A stretch of DNA of 64,000 bases from assembly GCA_964016885.1 (NCBI GenBank), contig OZ024743.1, forward strand, positions 58,528,001-58,592,000, read 5' to 3'. Position numbers and translations under genes: made by a program. Under the pieces are notes generated by a model, which had not been told where the DNA came from, ran no database searches, and saw only the letters and a list, made by a program, of their open reading frames with translations. Source of the DNA: Eledone cirrhosa (lineage: Eukaryota). Of this stretch, positions 25,090 to 40,208 are shown one piece after another (the first letter of the stretch is position 1; each line of letters starts with the position of its first letter).

Positions 25090-25342
25090 TACATACATGA
25101 GTATAGCAAAGTGCTCAAGCGCAGAAATGCTATAAAAATAGCTTATAAAATAGGGTGAACGGTGTTAAAACGGACAACTCATTTGCCATCGATGACTACT
25201 TCTTTTCCCGTCTTTAAAGGGTGTTCACTCTATTTTGTAAGCTATCTATATAGCATTTCTGCGCTTGAGCACTTTCTTTATACGTATATATAGTCATAGA
25301 TATATTTTCAGGGCTTCAAAAGTCGAATATTTGGCTCCGTGC

Positions 25343-25345
<3 letters not shown>
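25090..25345. repeat. (TA)n-flanked fold-back module (arms ~25099-25160 / ~25222-25283, tail to 25345)
   Basis: aaagtgctcaagcgcagaaatgctata...tagggtgaac / gttcactcta...tatagcatttctgcgcttgagcacttt. Confidence 0.7.
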
Positions 25346-25379
<34 letters not shown>

Positions 25380-25399
25380 TGTGTGAGGGGGGGGGGGGG

Positions 25400-26210
25400 G
25401 GCAGATAAATCCAGAAAGATTAATAGATAAAAACAATCCCACCGTTTTTATATATCAAATTAATATATTCCAATTAAATTTTATACAGTTAGGCATATAT
25501 ATAAAATACAAAAATCACTCGATGTGGCCACCATCAGCACCCACCACACTTTCCAGGCGGGACCGGAAGCTGGAGCAGTCCTTTGCGATGGCATACCTGT
25601 CCATGTTGGCCATGGCGTAACAGATGGCTGCCTTGAGATTGTATGGACTAATGTACACCTCCATCTCTATAACGCTCTACAAAAAATAGTCGAGAGGATT
25701 ACAGTCTGGCAATGAGGGGTCCGTAAGTCGGGCGGCCAATAGTACGGTACATTGGCGAAGAGCCAGGCCTGGATGGTCCTGGCCCTGTGGTTAGGGTCGG
25801 AAAACTGTTGAAAGGCATAGGGCCTCCCATTTGCCATCATGTCTATCCTGAAGCCTTACGTAGCCATTAGCATCAAGGCGGAGGCCGTCAAGGACAAATC
25901 AAGACGCCATGATGTCCCTATCGCCTATAACCCCGCCAAGAACCATGACGTGAGCTGGATACTTGTCGTCCGAAGCCCCTTATGACTTTGAAAGTTCGTA
26001 GACCATGGTTTTAGAGCATCTAAACCATTCAATTATTTACTTAGCATTCAATGATTTACTTAGCCGGAGCGAAGGCTCTCGACAGCAGGTCGACAATCGT
26101 TCCAGACAGCTATTGAGATGTAGTACTTTCTAATGGCACACTCAAAATCTCGCTACGCCGTGAGCCGTGAAGTCACGGCGCTGTTGCCACGTAAAAATTC
26201 CGGATTTATC
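25400..26210 (-). pseudogene. Tc1/mariner-like transposase remnant
   Basis: Minus strand has ...PAHVMVLG..., YAFQQF.DP.HRA.TIQAW, WPPDL.TP..PDCNPLDYF..., ACHRK..SSFRSRLE.V motifs, heavily disrupted. Confidence 0.65.
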
Positions 26211-28598
26211 TGCGTCTCACTGTATATGTGTTTATATATACTGAGAGGAATATATAAGTGTTTGTCTGTAAGTGTGTATATATGTTTCACCTGTGTGTCT
26301 ATATGTGTATCTGTATATGTGTAAATGTTTTATGCCTGCTAGGTTACATTTAGAAATATTACTATTGTTTATAATTATATCAAAAATATACAAAATACAT
26401 AAAAAACGTTATTTACTCTGGCTCTTTGCTCCCATAGTTCAAATCTCATTGGGATCGTTAAATCAGCTATCTCTGCAAGACGATGGATGAATAGAATTGG
26501 GAGACATATCACGTGGAATCTATTCCGCTTTAGTGACTTCTGATTTGAAAAGTTGTCTCCTATCCCCGGGATTTATTTTTTTTCAAAACTATGCTTTTAT
26601 TATGTCAACTACATTTTACAAACAGGAGTTATACAATGATGGAAAAAAAAATAAAAAATTAAGTAATGAAAAAATCAAGGGGTAAAGAGTAAATAAGGGC
26701 AAGTCTGGCTGTATAGGAAAACAGAAGAAAGGACTATAAATGCCATAAATGTGAAGAAAAGGAGGGAAAGAACAACGAAAGAAAGGTAAGGGGAGGGTGA
26801 TAGACTCTCTAGGTTGGGGCGGTATTTCGGCTGCACCCCGTGGACGAAATTGCAAAAGCATTTCCACGGACAATCCAGCGACCCAGGGGAAAATTGTAAC
26901 ATGATACCACTGAAACCTTTATCATAATAAATAAAAATATGAAAGATACTTCTTACGCACGCGTGAGCCCTAACAACCATCTAAGTCCAACTCAAACGAT
27001 TTCCTCTTTCTCTCCATTTCTTTTTTCATATATTTTGTTTTTTTTCCTATTCTTATATTTATTTTTCATTTTTCTCCGTCAGCGTCTCTTTCCCTCCTCA
27101 GCCCCTCCTTCTCTCTCTCCTTGTCTCACGAGTCAAATTTGCCAATTCAAAACTGAATCTTGGATCAGAATTTTGTTTTGGCTTCGATTCTGTACATGAC
27201 ATCTAATACAACTATTCTCGCCTACTTGCTTGTTTAGCTGCTAGTATGGCAAGAAAGTGGTTGTCAAGCTGATTTACACATGACAAACAACACTAATGTA
27301 TAGCACATAGTTATGCCAACAAACAATTTGAAGGCCATTACACACATACACACTCACTCGCATACACATACACACACTCACTTGCACACACACACAGACA
27401 GACAGACACACACACACACACACACACACTCTTATATATGTGTGTGTGTATGTCTGTATATATATTTACTTGTATACGTATATATGTGTGAAGGTATTTG
27501 TATATGCCTGTTTTTGTCTGTGTGTGAATATGTTGCGTCTAGGTGTGTGTTTGTGTAGTTCTATGTCTAACTAAACATTCGAAAAGTAGAGAAATCTCAA
27601 TACCATACCAGTGGAAGAATTAGATGTGGTCTATATAGTGTACATAAGTATTACAATCCCCACTTAATTCTCATGCTAAATTGGCTGATATTGTACACTG
27701 GTAGACTGCAACTGTTCTTAAAATTTCTTTGTTTAAATTTACTTCCAAATATAGCTAAGTAATGATTCTTCTCTGCTGGTTATTGGGGTACAATTGAGGT
27801 AAATACCGCGTGGTACACGACTGATTCTACGTTCTAGGTGGCATGTATCTGTCTTACAATAAGAACTACTCAGGTTGCTATATTTAACTAGCTTGTTTTT
27901 GATAAGCATGATTATGTTGTAGTAAAGAAGTAACTGATTTTCATATAAGGTTTATTGAATATATTCCTATATCTATGATTTACAGTAAAATGTTTATCTA
28001 TATGGCCCAGGAATTTCAATATTTAGTTAATTTTAGCGTTTTCGGAAATTGGGTGAGCAAAGTAAATAATCTTACAGGGTATATTCCTGGAGCTGTGAAG
28101 ATTCTTGTCTTAGAGTTTATTGTGTTCGGATCACGATAGTAAAATCTTGTGTTCGAAACCCGGAGTTGTATTCTTGGGTAAAACATTTAATTTAACGTTG
28201 TTCCCGTCTATTCAGCTAGCAAAATCACGCTATAAAACTAATTTAAATGCCAGCTTGTTCATAAAATGTTTCACATTAACAGTACGCATGTCCATGGAAT
28301 CCACAGCCATTTGCTCATTAATTTCACGCGCAGGCTGTTACATTTTTCGTACAACTAGAACACTTGTCGTCGATGGGGATCCAAATCAAAATACTGCATA
28401 ACATACCAGGATCATATTGAAAGGTTTTGAGTTTGTGTCCGGTGGCGGAAGTTGCTGTTAGCTATGATACTGTCGTATAAAGCGGATACTTCTATTTTTT
28501 TTACACTAGACATTACCTCTTTAAAAACATCACAAGTGTCTAATCTAATTTATATATATATATTAAATTGCGTGTATAGTGCGGTTTATATATATATA

Positions 28599-28655
28599 AG
28601 CCACATTGTCGAAACGGCCGGAGCTCAGCCGTCGGGGTCCTGACTCTTTTCCTTT
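28599..28655 (+). mobile_element. Family C fragment: HHR 3' half between TA runs
   Basis: gtcGAAA(28611-28614)cggc-cggagctca-gccg-TC-ggggtc. Confidence 0.55.
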
Positions 28656-29227
28656 TATATATATATTTAATAAATTGCGGGTATATATACCATTATAAAA
28701 AACTGAACGTCAGTGGGTTGGGAAAATATAGTGTTGCATTAGAATAGTGTTAAATCGAATATAATGAACCGAGTGGGAAATGATACACTGAGCAAACAGG
28801 AGAGTATAAGAGCGATAATAATTAGGAACATGACAAACATATGAATTACACCGAAGAACCCCGATCTGCAGCCGAATCCTTTAAACTCATGTTTTGTTGT
28901 TTTTTTTGCGGTTGGTAAACGTTCGGTAACCCATAGCTTTTAGGCATAACACGATGACACTGCGAAATTTGGAAGGCATCATTAGGAAAAGGGGAATGTT
29001 GCGAAGGACAGAATACTCTGTGTCGACGAGACACAAACAGACAAGTTAGAGTAACATAACATTCATAAATAAGTAACAGGCATAAAATCATGGATAGGCA
29101 TACACAAAAGAGTGTTGATGCCAGGATCAAACAACCGTCGTTAGACATAAAAGAGAAATACAGACTACATGGAGCAGACATGCGGCCCATTACAAACACA
29201 CCTGCGGCTCGCACAAAGGTTTTTACA

Positions 29228-30900
<1,673 letters not shown>

Positions 30901-32765
30901 TTTCAAACAAAATGTGTGTCAATCAATGTGCCAATGTTAATATGCGTGCGTGCCTGTGTGTACGTATGTGTGTGTGTGTATGTGCGTGTGCATGTGCACG
31001 TGTGGGTGTGCGTGTGCGTGTGTGTGTGCAAATCAAATCTATAAATTTCTAAGGTGGCATCTTACCAACTACCTTATCACAATTGCTGCCGTACATATAC
31101 GCGCACACACACGAACTTGTTCTTGTAACCAAGACCACCTCTGAAGGAGAATTTACATTTTGTTTAGCGGCTACCGGTGATTGTTATATCTATCAATTCA
31201 ATGACCAATCTAAAGATTTTTCGTTGCCATGTCGGTGTTCTTGTATGTTAGAAACAATATCAAGTTCTATAAAATACACAGGTTGTCCGTGCACAACTAT
31301 GGACATGCCCTAGTTTTCCTGTGTTGTAGTTTTCCTATTTTTCCAGTGTTTCAGTATTTTAAATCCAGTGTCAAATGTTGCCTTTCATTCAAACACGTTC
31401 GATAAAATATACTACTCCCACCCTGCTACAAATAAAAATATCTGACTCTTTCAATAAATTGAAACTTATTACAAACATAGAAAATGCAATCTCTGCATTC
31501 TGACTATCGCTATTACTAGCATTAATACCATCACCACCGCCACCCTCCATCATCATCAGATTAACTACGATCGACTCGTCAAACTATATCTCTAGTTAAC
31601 TATAAGTGTGTAGATTTTGAGTCTGGAATCCGTTCCATGGTGGTTGGCAGGACCAGTCTACGGCAGGTATTGAACTCGGACTATATAGAACATAATAAAA
31701 CAGAAACATAGCTTCCCATCCGGCACTCTATTTGTTCTCCGACTAGTTTGGATTTATCAACCTCGAAAGAATGAAAGGCAATGTTGACCTTGGTGACATT
31801 TGAACTCAGAGCTCACAGTTTTAGAACAAAAACCGGACAGCATTTTGTCAGATTCATTAAAAAGACCCCCTTGTTTCCACAACTAATACGGATTTTTTTA
31901 CCTGAATAGACGAAAGCCAGGGCAAGCTATTTTGTGGAAGACTAGCAGGTGAATACGCATGCCAATCTCCCTCTCTACGTCACCAAAGTTTGCCCAAGAG
32001 AAAGACAAGTGCCGAACAGTATGGGAACACGATGTCACAGTACACAAATACTTTAGGGCACAACTCAACGCACGGCCTGTGATTCGAACACACAATCTTC
32101 TGTCTATGATCCAAATACTCTACCCAGTGAGCCACGCGCCTTCTCCTTTGTCCAACGCATCAACGATTTTGCCAATCTACCACCTTGGCAAATTGACAGA
32201 AGCGTTGGCACGTATAAAATAAAAAAAAAAATAAATAAAAAAATAAAAAAAAAAAAAAGAAAACTACTTGCGCCACAAAGCATAGTTACAATTAGGGGAA
32301 AACTTAAAAATAATTTACTGACGTTATTGCTGAAATTGTTGCATGAGGAAGTCGAAAAACACATTCATCCACGATACACCGATTTTATTGTTTGTGTGTG
32401 TGTGTGTAGTGGTGGTTTTGAGTTTGTATCTCCGTTGGTTTCAACGATGAGTGTTCTATGATAGTTCGAACAACGTTACCATGAAATTAGCGTGCATAAG
32501 ACAGAGCATTTCACAGACACGTGTAATCTTAATGTAGTTCTCAGGGAGATTCAGCTTGACACTACTAGATAATGATGGCTTTCTGAATTATAGGTAAATC
32601 TCGGTACATATTTTGAAGCAACAAATGTTCCTTCGTCAACTTCATATTGTATTGGTCGTTTATTTATGTTTTCTTTGTTTTTCTTCGACCAGACACGATA
32701 AAGCACATACCACAGTGGTTAAGGTATTCCGTTCATGATCGTAAAGTCATAAGTTCGATTTGCAT

Positions 32766-33050
32766 AGCTTGGAGATCAGAGAGTCACTCCAGGTAGAACC
32801 GCTACTTCTCCGAATTGAGATATCGCAGCTCCGGTACTATGGGCATGTGTTTAGAATGTTCCAGGAAAGAATCTCTGGGTAGATTTTACGAGCAAAGCCA
32901 ACACGTATATCCAGGGTTATACACCGACCAAAATGGATGTTCACGCTTGGGGATTCATCCAGATCCGTTGGAGATAGTTGCTTCTGACAGGATGCGTTGG
33001 AAGGAGTGTTTGAGGACACTGCCCCCACGACCATCTCAGGAACAAGTGGG
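32766..33050 (+). mobile_element. RTE LINE 3' fragment interrupting a SINE
   Basis: LEIRESLQVEPLLLRIE.SQLRYYGHV.RM...; same family as 33775-33990. Confidence 0.65.
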
Positions 33051-33651
33051 CGAAAAAGTGTTGTATCGTTGAGCAAGACATTTCATTTCACGTTGCTCCA
33101 GTCAACTCTACTTTCATAAACATGCTGTTCTTGTGATCAAACAAATTGAACATACGTCATCGTAACCGATCTAGCTCGAACACACACAAACAACTGCTCT
33201 AGGATTGACTGTTTAACTTCCCTCATCAATCCCGTATAGTAATCGACTCCATCTCTGTATTTATGCTTAATCTTTTTCTTTTCTTCGTGCAGACAAATAC
33301 TTCTCTCATCTAAACAGATTCTCATCATTATTGTTAGCTGAGCGAGAAACATTTGTCCAGTTGCCAAGTAGACTATTTATATATGAAGACAGAAGCTTCG
33401 TGTGGTGTACTTAATTGGAACAAAAGCCAACATTCTGTCGATTTTTCTCCAGACCTTACAACAATATGCGGAGATGGATTATATATATTTTATATTTTCA
33501 CATTTGCTAACAATTGTCTTGTCTTGTATGGATATTTGACAATATAGCTGGTATGAAAGAAGGAACCATACAATACACACATAAGAAAATATTTAACACA
33601 TTATCACAGACATATTCTCATTCATATGAGCTCTGAATGAATAGTCTTTAA

Positions 33652-33990
33652 TTCTTCTTCTTCTTCTTCTTCTTCTTCTTCTTCTTCTTCTTCTTCTTCT
33701 TCTTCTTCTTCTTCTTCTTCTTCTTCTTCTTCTTCTTCTTCTTCTTCTTCTTCTTCTTCTTCTTCTTCTTCTTCGTGGCGGCAGTGTCTTCAAATACTCC
33801 TTCCAGCTGTTCCTGTCAGAAGCAACCGCCTCCAATTGATCCGGCTAGATTCCCAAGCGAGGCCATCTTGCTCGGGGTCTAGCCACGGGTCTTCTGCTGG
33901 CTGGTTTTGCCCGTATAATCTGTCCAGCGATTCTTTACTAAGACATTCTAACCATATGACCTTAATATCAGATAGTATTTCGTCCAAAGT
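33652..33990 (-). mobile_element. RTE LINE 3' end with expanded (AAG)n tail (33652-33774)
   Basis: WLECLSKESL / VASDRNSWKEYLKTLPPR followed by ~40 AAG units. Confidence 0.75.
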
Positions 33991-34007
33991 ATGCATGTAT
34001 ATATGCG

Positions 34008-34043
<36 letters not shown>

Positions 34044-34235
34044 GTTTTAATATAGATGAGATTCTACAGGACTAGAACTGTTTCATTCTTTAGAAATCAT
34101 CAGGAATCCTGATGATTTCTAAAGAATGAAACAGTTCTAGTCCTGTAGAATCTCATCTATATTAAAACTTTTATACTCTGCAATGTATTGAGTACCTTAC
34201 TTACTGTGGTTACCTCCGATTCAACCCGGAATAAC

Positions 34236-34236
<1 letters not shown>
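34044..34236. mobile_element. (TA)n-flanked fold-back module, family F (perfect arms 34044-34104 / 34108-34168, 68-nt tail)
   Basis: Palindrome centred at 34106; second copy at 44827-45019. Confidence 0.9.
34059..34109 (-). ncRNA. Type I hammerhead ribozyme motif, family F
   Basis: ggattc-CTGATGA-t ttc taaa gaa t-GAAA-cag ttctagtc ctg-TA-gaatct; GUA cleavage triplet. Confidence 0.8.
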
Positions 34237-34276
<40 letters not shown>

Positions 34277-34300
34277 TGGTTACACAACAGTTAGTTCACC

Positions 34301-34346
34301 ATCCCGAGAACAATTGTTTCACCTTCGCGGATCTTCAGCTCGGGAT
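34301..34346 (-). ncRNA. Type I hammerhead ribozyme motif, family G
   Basis: atcccgag-CTGAAGA-t cc gcgaa gg t-GAAA-caattg-TT-ctcgggat; perfect 8-bp stem I, palindromic stem III. Confidence 0.88.
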
Positions 34347-34862
34347 GTGTATGGTTATAGGAACAGGAAGGACAACCGTACGAACGCGCATGCGCAGAAA
34401 CTCGGTCACTTCACAGGGGCAATACTAGACTGCGTGCGGGATGGTGTAAGTGAGATAACTGCGAAAGTCCGGAAAGTTTTTAGGTTGAAAATAAAATAAA
34501 AAAATTAAAAATAAAATTACAAAGAATCAGTCCGGAACCTTGTAGTTATGCAATAGATGTTTGGTGACGTGTGGACAACATGTGAAAAATTCACTTCTCA
34601 GGTTTAGGCAATTACTATTGCGTAATCTCTTTAGGATAGATATTCGTTCGTCAATACATAAGCCACACGTCGGATTTCCCCTTTCGTATAGCTTGGACTT
34701 AGTGATGGCTTTCCATTGAATGGAGTAGCCTATACTTGAGTCCTTGAGGGACCATACGTGGCTCGCGAGTCTCGTGGATACCCGGAGTCTGTCCGGGTAT
34801 CTGAAGGTAGACTGGTGGTTCAGGAAACGCTCCTTGAATCGGCCCTCCGCCATGCCCACAAG

Positions 34863-35723
34863 GACTCATGCCACCCACCCACTGTTTTCAGAAACTTCGT
34901 TAAGAATATGAGTACTAGAATCTCAAACCTCTGTTCTAATAAGGCTATCTTTGACAGAGCGGCACCCTACTATAACATGGCGTTGGCTAACAGCGGCTTC
35001 TCACAACCTATCACCTACTCTCCCACTAGCAACAACACCATTAAGAAAAGTAAGCGCATCAATAGACAAACTATCTGGTTCTCTCCTCCCTTCTCACTCA
35101 ACGTTAAAACCAATGTAGGAAAAAAATGTCTAGCCCTCTTAGATAGACACTTCCCCATAGGTCATAAATACCGCTCCATCTTTAACCGACACAAAGTTAA
35201 ACTAGGATAATCCTGCGCTAAGAACATGAAAGCCCACATCACCAGCAGCCCTAGGAGCCGCACCCCACCAGGGTGCTCTTGCCGTAAGCCTGAAGCTTGC
35301 CCCCTTCAACAGCAATGCAACACACCAGCTGTAATCTATGAAGCTGTGGACACTTCCAACCGACCAAACGAACCACAGGAGGTCAAATCCTATGTGGGCA
35401 TGGCGGAGGACCGATTCATGGAGCGTTTCCTGAACCACCAGTCTACTTTCAGATACCCAGACAGACGTTCATCCACGAGACTCGCGAGCCTAGTATGGTC
35501 CCTCAAGGACTCAAGTATAGGCTACTCCATTCAATGGAAAGCCATCACTAAGTCCAAACCATACGAAAGGGGAAATCCGACGTGTGGCTTATGTATTGAC
35601 GAACGAATATCTATCCTAAAGAGATTACGCAATAGTGATTGCCTAAACATGAGAAGTGAATTTTTCACATGTTGTCCACACTTCACCAAACATCTATTGC
35701 ATAACTACAAGGCTCCGGAGTGA
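34863..35723 (+). pseudogene. Penelope-like RT thumb/linker plus GIY-YIG endonuclease (one in-frame stop at 35208-35210)
   Basis: DSCHPP, APYYN.AL..SGF, IWFSPPFSLNVKTNVGK, IFNRHKVKLG*SC, CSCRKPEACPLQQQC, VIYEA...YVGMAE..F.ERF.NH, CGLCIDE, C.N.RSE...CCPH. Confidence 0.9.
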
Positions 35724-35903
35724 TTCTTTGTAATTTAATTTTTAATTTTTTTATTTTATTTTCAACCTAAAAACTTTCCGGACTTTCGCAGTTATCTCCC
35801 TTACACCATCCCGCACGCAGTCTAGTATTGCCCCTGTGAAGTGACCGAGATTCTGCGCATGCGCGTTCGTACGGTTGTCCTTCCTGTTCCTATAACCATA
35901 CAC

Positions 35904-35949
35904 ATCCCGAGCTGAAGATCCGCGAAGGTGAAACAATTGTTCTCGGTAT
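35904..35949 (+). ncRNA. Type I hammerhead ribozyme motif, family G (sense copy)
   Basis: atcccgag-CTGAAGA(35912-35918)-tccgcgaaggt-GAAA(35930-35933)-caattg-TT-ctcggtat. Confidence 0.85.
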
Positions 35950-36040
35950 GGTGAACTAACTGCTGTGTAACCACTTCTACCTAACTCGTCCCTCGGACTG
36001 AGTGCTCTAACACTACGGATATTCCCTTCCAGTGTTCCAC

Positions 36041-36111
<71 letters not shown>

Positions 36112-36113
<2 letters not shown>

Positions 36114-36765
36114 AAACTACAGCAATGAAGATCCGGATCTTCAGCTTTTCACGAAGGTCCGACTTCCACACCGATATCAAGCTGTGGCACGCCGCCCAGG
36201 CTTTGCTCTTCCTCTCAACCACACCATCTTCCTTATTACCAATCTTTGCTCTCAAATACAGGAAGTCCTCAACCAATTCTAGCGGCTTCCCGCCTAGATT
36301 AGTGATCCCCTCTGTGTTCTCAACATTCTCTACCAGATATTTTGTTTTAGTCTCTTCATTGATATCTTCATTGCTGTAGTGGAGTCTGTGCTGCTGTACG
36401 GGTCTGAGACTTGGACACAATGACCAAGAAACTCACTCAGATGGTGGTTGGGTGCTACACGAGAATGCTGAGGATGGCTCTGAACATTAATCAGTATACA
36501 CTGAGGATGAAAAATTCAGAGTTGTATGGGAGCCTCCCAAAAGTCAGCTCAAAAGTGACACAGAGGAGATTGAAGTTAGCTGGACATGTTCACCGACATC
36601 CAGAGTTGACATTACACTCAGTGCTCCTGTGGGAGCCCCTACACGGACACACTGGAAGAGGAAGACCAACGTTAACGTATGTTGATGCCCTAAGGACAGA
36701 CACTGGTCTGTTGGAGACGCAGGACATGGCAGCGATAATGACGGACAGAGACCGCTGGAGACATA
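36112..36765. mobile_element. RTE LINE fragment with 5' inversion (36112-36362 minus, 36365-36765 plus)
   Basis: Minus: KTKYL...VEDFLYL...KIRIFIAVV; plus continues FIAVVESVLLYGSETWT...YTRMLRMAL...RLKLAGH. Confidence 0.8.
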
Positions 36766-36959
36766 TGTATGTGATTGTGTGTATAAATAATAGTTGCTCA
36801 CGTTAATGTTATTGAATCGCTCAATTCAGTCATCCTCATCTGTGTCAATGTTCTCAATATTATTTTAACATAAGACTTGTTTACATTTGTGAAAGGCATT
36901 TTACAAAACATATAATTATGATATAAAACATATAAACATATAATTATAATAATAGGCGT

Positions 36960-37200
36960 TCGGTTGGAATAAGTAAGGGGTGGGAGGATCGGTAGTGGTT
37001 CTACGTTATCTCCGTTGATATATTTAAAAACCAGAATTAGTCGATTAGTTTGCGTATTGAGTTCGCAACCCATCCTATTTATTTTATAAGGTATGAAATT
37101 TCTAGTAATGTATAATGTTTTTTAATGTATAAAGAAAATTAATTGTTGCAGGAATGCTACCAATTAAAATAACATTCGCAGGTGATTATTCGAGACTGGA
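36960..37200. mobile_element. Decayed MITE-like repeat; related copies ~47090-47426 and ~51455-51636
   Basis: Shared cagaattagtcg.ttagttt.c.tatt...attttataa.gtatg..attt and end ttattcg.ga...gagagta. Confidence 0.5.
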
Positions 37201-37979
37201 AAATCGATTGTAGACTTTTTTTAAGTTTAGATTGTAGACTTTTAGATTGTAGACTTTTTTTAAGTTTCAAGAACTCATGATGAAAATGAGCAACTGTAGT
37301 AGCCGGCGTTTTAAGTGGCGTCCTGTCCAGATGCGGGGTTGTCTTGTACTCTCAATGACTTAACGCTACGGGAACCGGGATAAGCTTGATGTGCCACCGG
37401 GATCGAAACTTTAGACTACTAAGTCTCAAGAGACATTAACAATGATTTGTAATTTTGGCACAAGGCCAATAAATTTGAATTCTACCGAGATCCACGATGC
37501 CTTTCATTCTTTCGTGGTCGATAAAATGAACTATCAGTCAAGTACTAGGGTCGATATAATCTACTTAAAGAACAGAGTAGCGCCTTTTGTTTCCTACTAC
37601 TTGCGCAACCGAAACTCATTGGGGCGTTCCACTGGACAGCCGACATACATACATACATACATACATACATACATACATACATACATACATACATACATAC
37701 ATACATACATACATACATACATTATATTGCTGTTGAATATTGACTTCATTAGTCCATCTGTTTGAAAGAAAACAAATCAATATCCCTAAGATATAAAAAA
37801 TACAGACACTTATACATATAAGTATTAAATTAAAAAAATTCTAAATAACCTACAATTAAAAGGCCCACCCGAGGGCACAAATAAATTGCTACGGTCGTCG
37901 CTGTTAGCCCCCCCCCCCATTAAATCCGGCCCGGGTGCTTACATTAACATATAGACTAAAGTGACACCTTTACTTTACT

Positions 37980-39030
37980 CTAATTCCATTAACACATACA
38001 CTCACATTACCCATTTCCCTCTCCAGTGTTACTTGTCATGCTTTCGTTAACACAAAGTCAACTGTAGAATTTTCCTCAAAACACTCACGTGTCGTGTTCC
38101 CATCGAGTCGCAGGGGATTATGTAATACATTTCCCTTGACATAGTCACGTGTCCTGCTTCCATTAGAACACAAAGTCATGTGACGCACCTACACCAGCAT
38201 AGTCTTGTGCCATGCTTCAATCAACACACAATCATGTAAACAGACTTTCACTCGCCTGCTTCAACGCATTCAGAACATAAGCTCACTTTGAATGAGATGT
38301 ATGCTGGCCTCCCACGCATATCTGTCGTTGTACGTAAAAGTAAGATTTGCTGGCCACTGCCATCGTGCCATCTATGAGACTGTATCCCCATTAGTGCTTT
38401 GGAAACCACAAGCAGTCTTTAATAACAGGGGGTGTAAGCTCTCCTATCCCGATGTCATCTCCAGAGATTCTGGTATTGAAATCTAGGTCTTGGCAACGGC
38501 AATGAACGACAGACCCACATGGAGATCAATTGTTGAATCCATTTCGGCTGAGGCCGCCGGATGATGATGATGAGTTAGGTATCATGATTCCATTAACAGA
38601 GTCATGTGATTCTTTTTCCCCAAATCAGTCACATGCCACCTTCCCGTTCTGTGAACACAATTCCCACAACATGACATATTTTCCTTAATACATAGACACA
38701 CGTGACCAGTTTAATTCAACGTAGTCACATATCATGATTTTCATTGACACACACAGAATCACATGACACATTTCCATCAGTACAGTCTCGTTTGAGGCTT
38801 CAATTAACATATATACTCACGTGACCGATCCACTCAACGCATGTGCGTCTCAAAATACTACAAGTTACATGTTATTCCACAGTGACGCGTGCATGATTCC
38901 ATTACCAGACTCACGTGACCCCTTTCCTTGCACATTGTCATCAACAATATTTTGCTAGCTTTACTAAATATGAAAATATATTAGAACTGTTTTTCTCGTC
39001 ACAGTGTCATGTGACTTGTTTCTGTTAAAC
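37980..39030. promoter_or_regulatory. Degenerate ~30-bp tandem array rich in E-box/M-box cores upstream of the TPR gene (interrupted by an RTE 3' end ~38330-38575)
   Basis: About 15 occurrences of tcacgtg/tcatgtg/tcacatg or near matches, typically preceded by ttcc.ttaacac.nag. Confidence 0.45.
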
Positions 39031-40208
39031 AGTCTTCAAATGACTCTTCATTCTGTATTATGGTGATTCTTCGGGAAAACTCGAATGATCTATCAAATCA
39101 CACTTAATCATCGTTAGATAATCTTGTAAACGTGAGGTATTATATTATATCTGAACACATTCGAGATGGTCAAACATGGAAAGTCTTTGGTCACCATCAT
39201 TGTGGTTGGACCGGTGCCTCGGTATTTAACGTCCTAAACCAGCTGTATAATTAGCGCTCCCTCTTTCAGTTTCGCATGATGACAAACCTAGATTTCGACA
39301 ATGCTTGCTCCGGGTATAATAAAGAAATGACTGAGCTTGCATTATCTACTGCACTGATCACACTCAACAAGGGCAAATCGTGTTATAGGTTATAACATCA
39401 TACGACCCTCCCTTATGGTGTGTATATTTCTACAACACTGATACGTGATAAAGAAGTATAAAGATTGTTTTATTAATCACAGAAATTATTATATAGCATG
39501 AACACTGATCGTTTACGATGCCGTAGGTGCCCTCGTCAACATCCTACTTTGCATTAATAGTAGCACCGATCGTGGGTAGGATTGCTTTATAATTACGTTA
39601 CTGAAATATTTTGTCGATCCATTATCATTTACTTGATAGTTATTTTTTTTTATTTCTCATTTCAGGGATTGACAAGATTCTATGGAATGTATGAAGAATT
39701 TAAACCTGATATCTTACAGAATAAGTACAACAAAACTGAACACACCTCAACTCCATCAACTGGGATAATATTTAAATAATAAATATTATAAAAATATTTA
39801 TAAACCACTCATACTTATACAAGAGCCTATAGGTATAAATGTATATATCACTGTATAAATAATCGTATATACATATATAGAAATCTAAAGTTTGACTCAT
39901 ATATACAAATAAATAAAATTAGTCAGAACTATTTAATCTGTTCACAATAGTTCCAAAATAAACATAGATATACAAAAATATTTGCTTACCCACTTCAAAA
40001 ATAAATTAAAATTGAAATAAAATTAAAAGCATAATTATATATACATACATCTTATAAACATACATATATATCTATATATACATACTAACAAATATACACG
40101 TCCATAGACATATAATTACCTATATTTATAAATAAATACATATTCATACGTACACACATACATATACATAGATGAACAGATAATTAAATTATTGAAACCC
40201 TCATCAAT

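Larger units (their letters stand above)
34275..36043 (+). mobile_element. Penelope-like retroelement PLE-2, 5'-truncated, with ~590-bp inverted 3' copy (34275-~34863 vs ~35390-35977) and 66-nt tail
   Basis: GIY-YIG coding on both strands, an HHR in each arm, (TA)n on both sides. Confidence 0.92.

Noticed and set aside
33593-33835. Poly-Arg protamine-like ORF
   Set aside because: It is the (AAG)n tail of an RTE 3' end.
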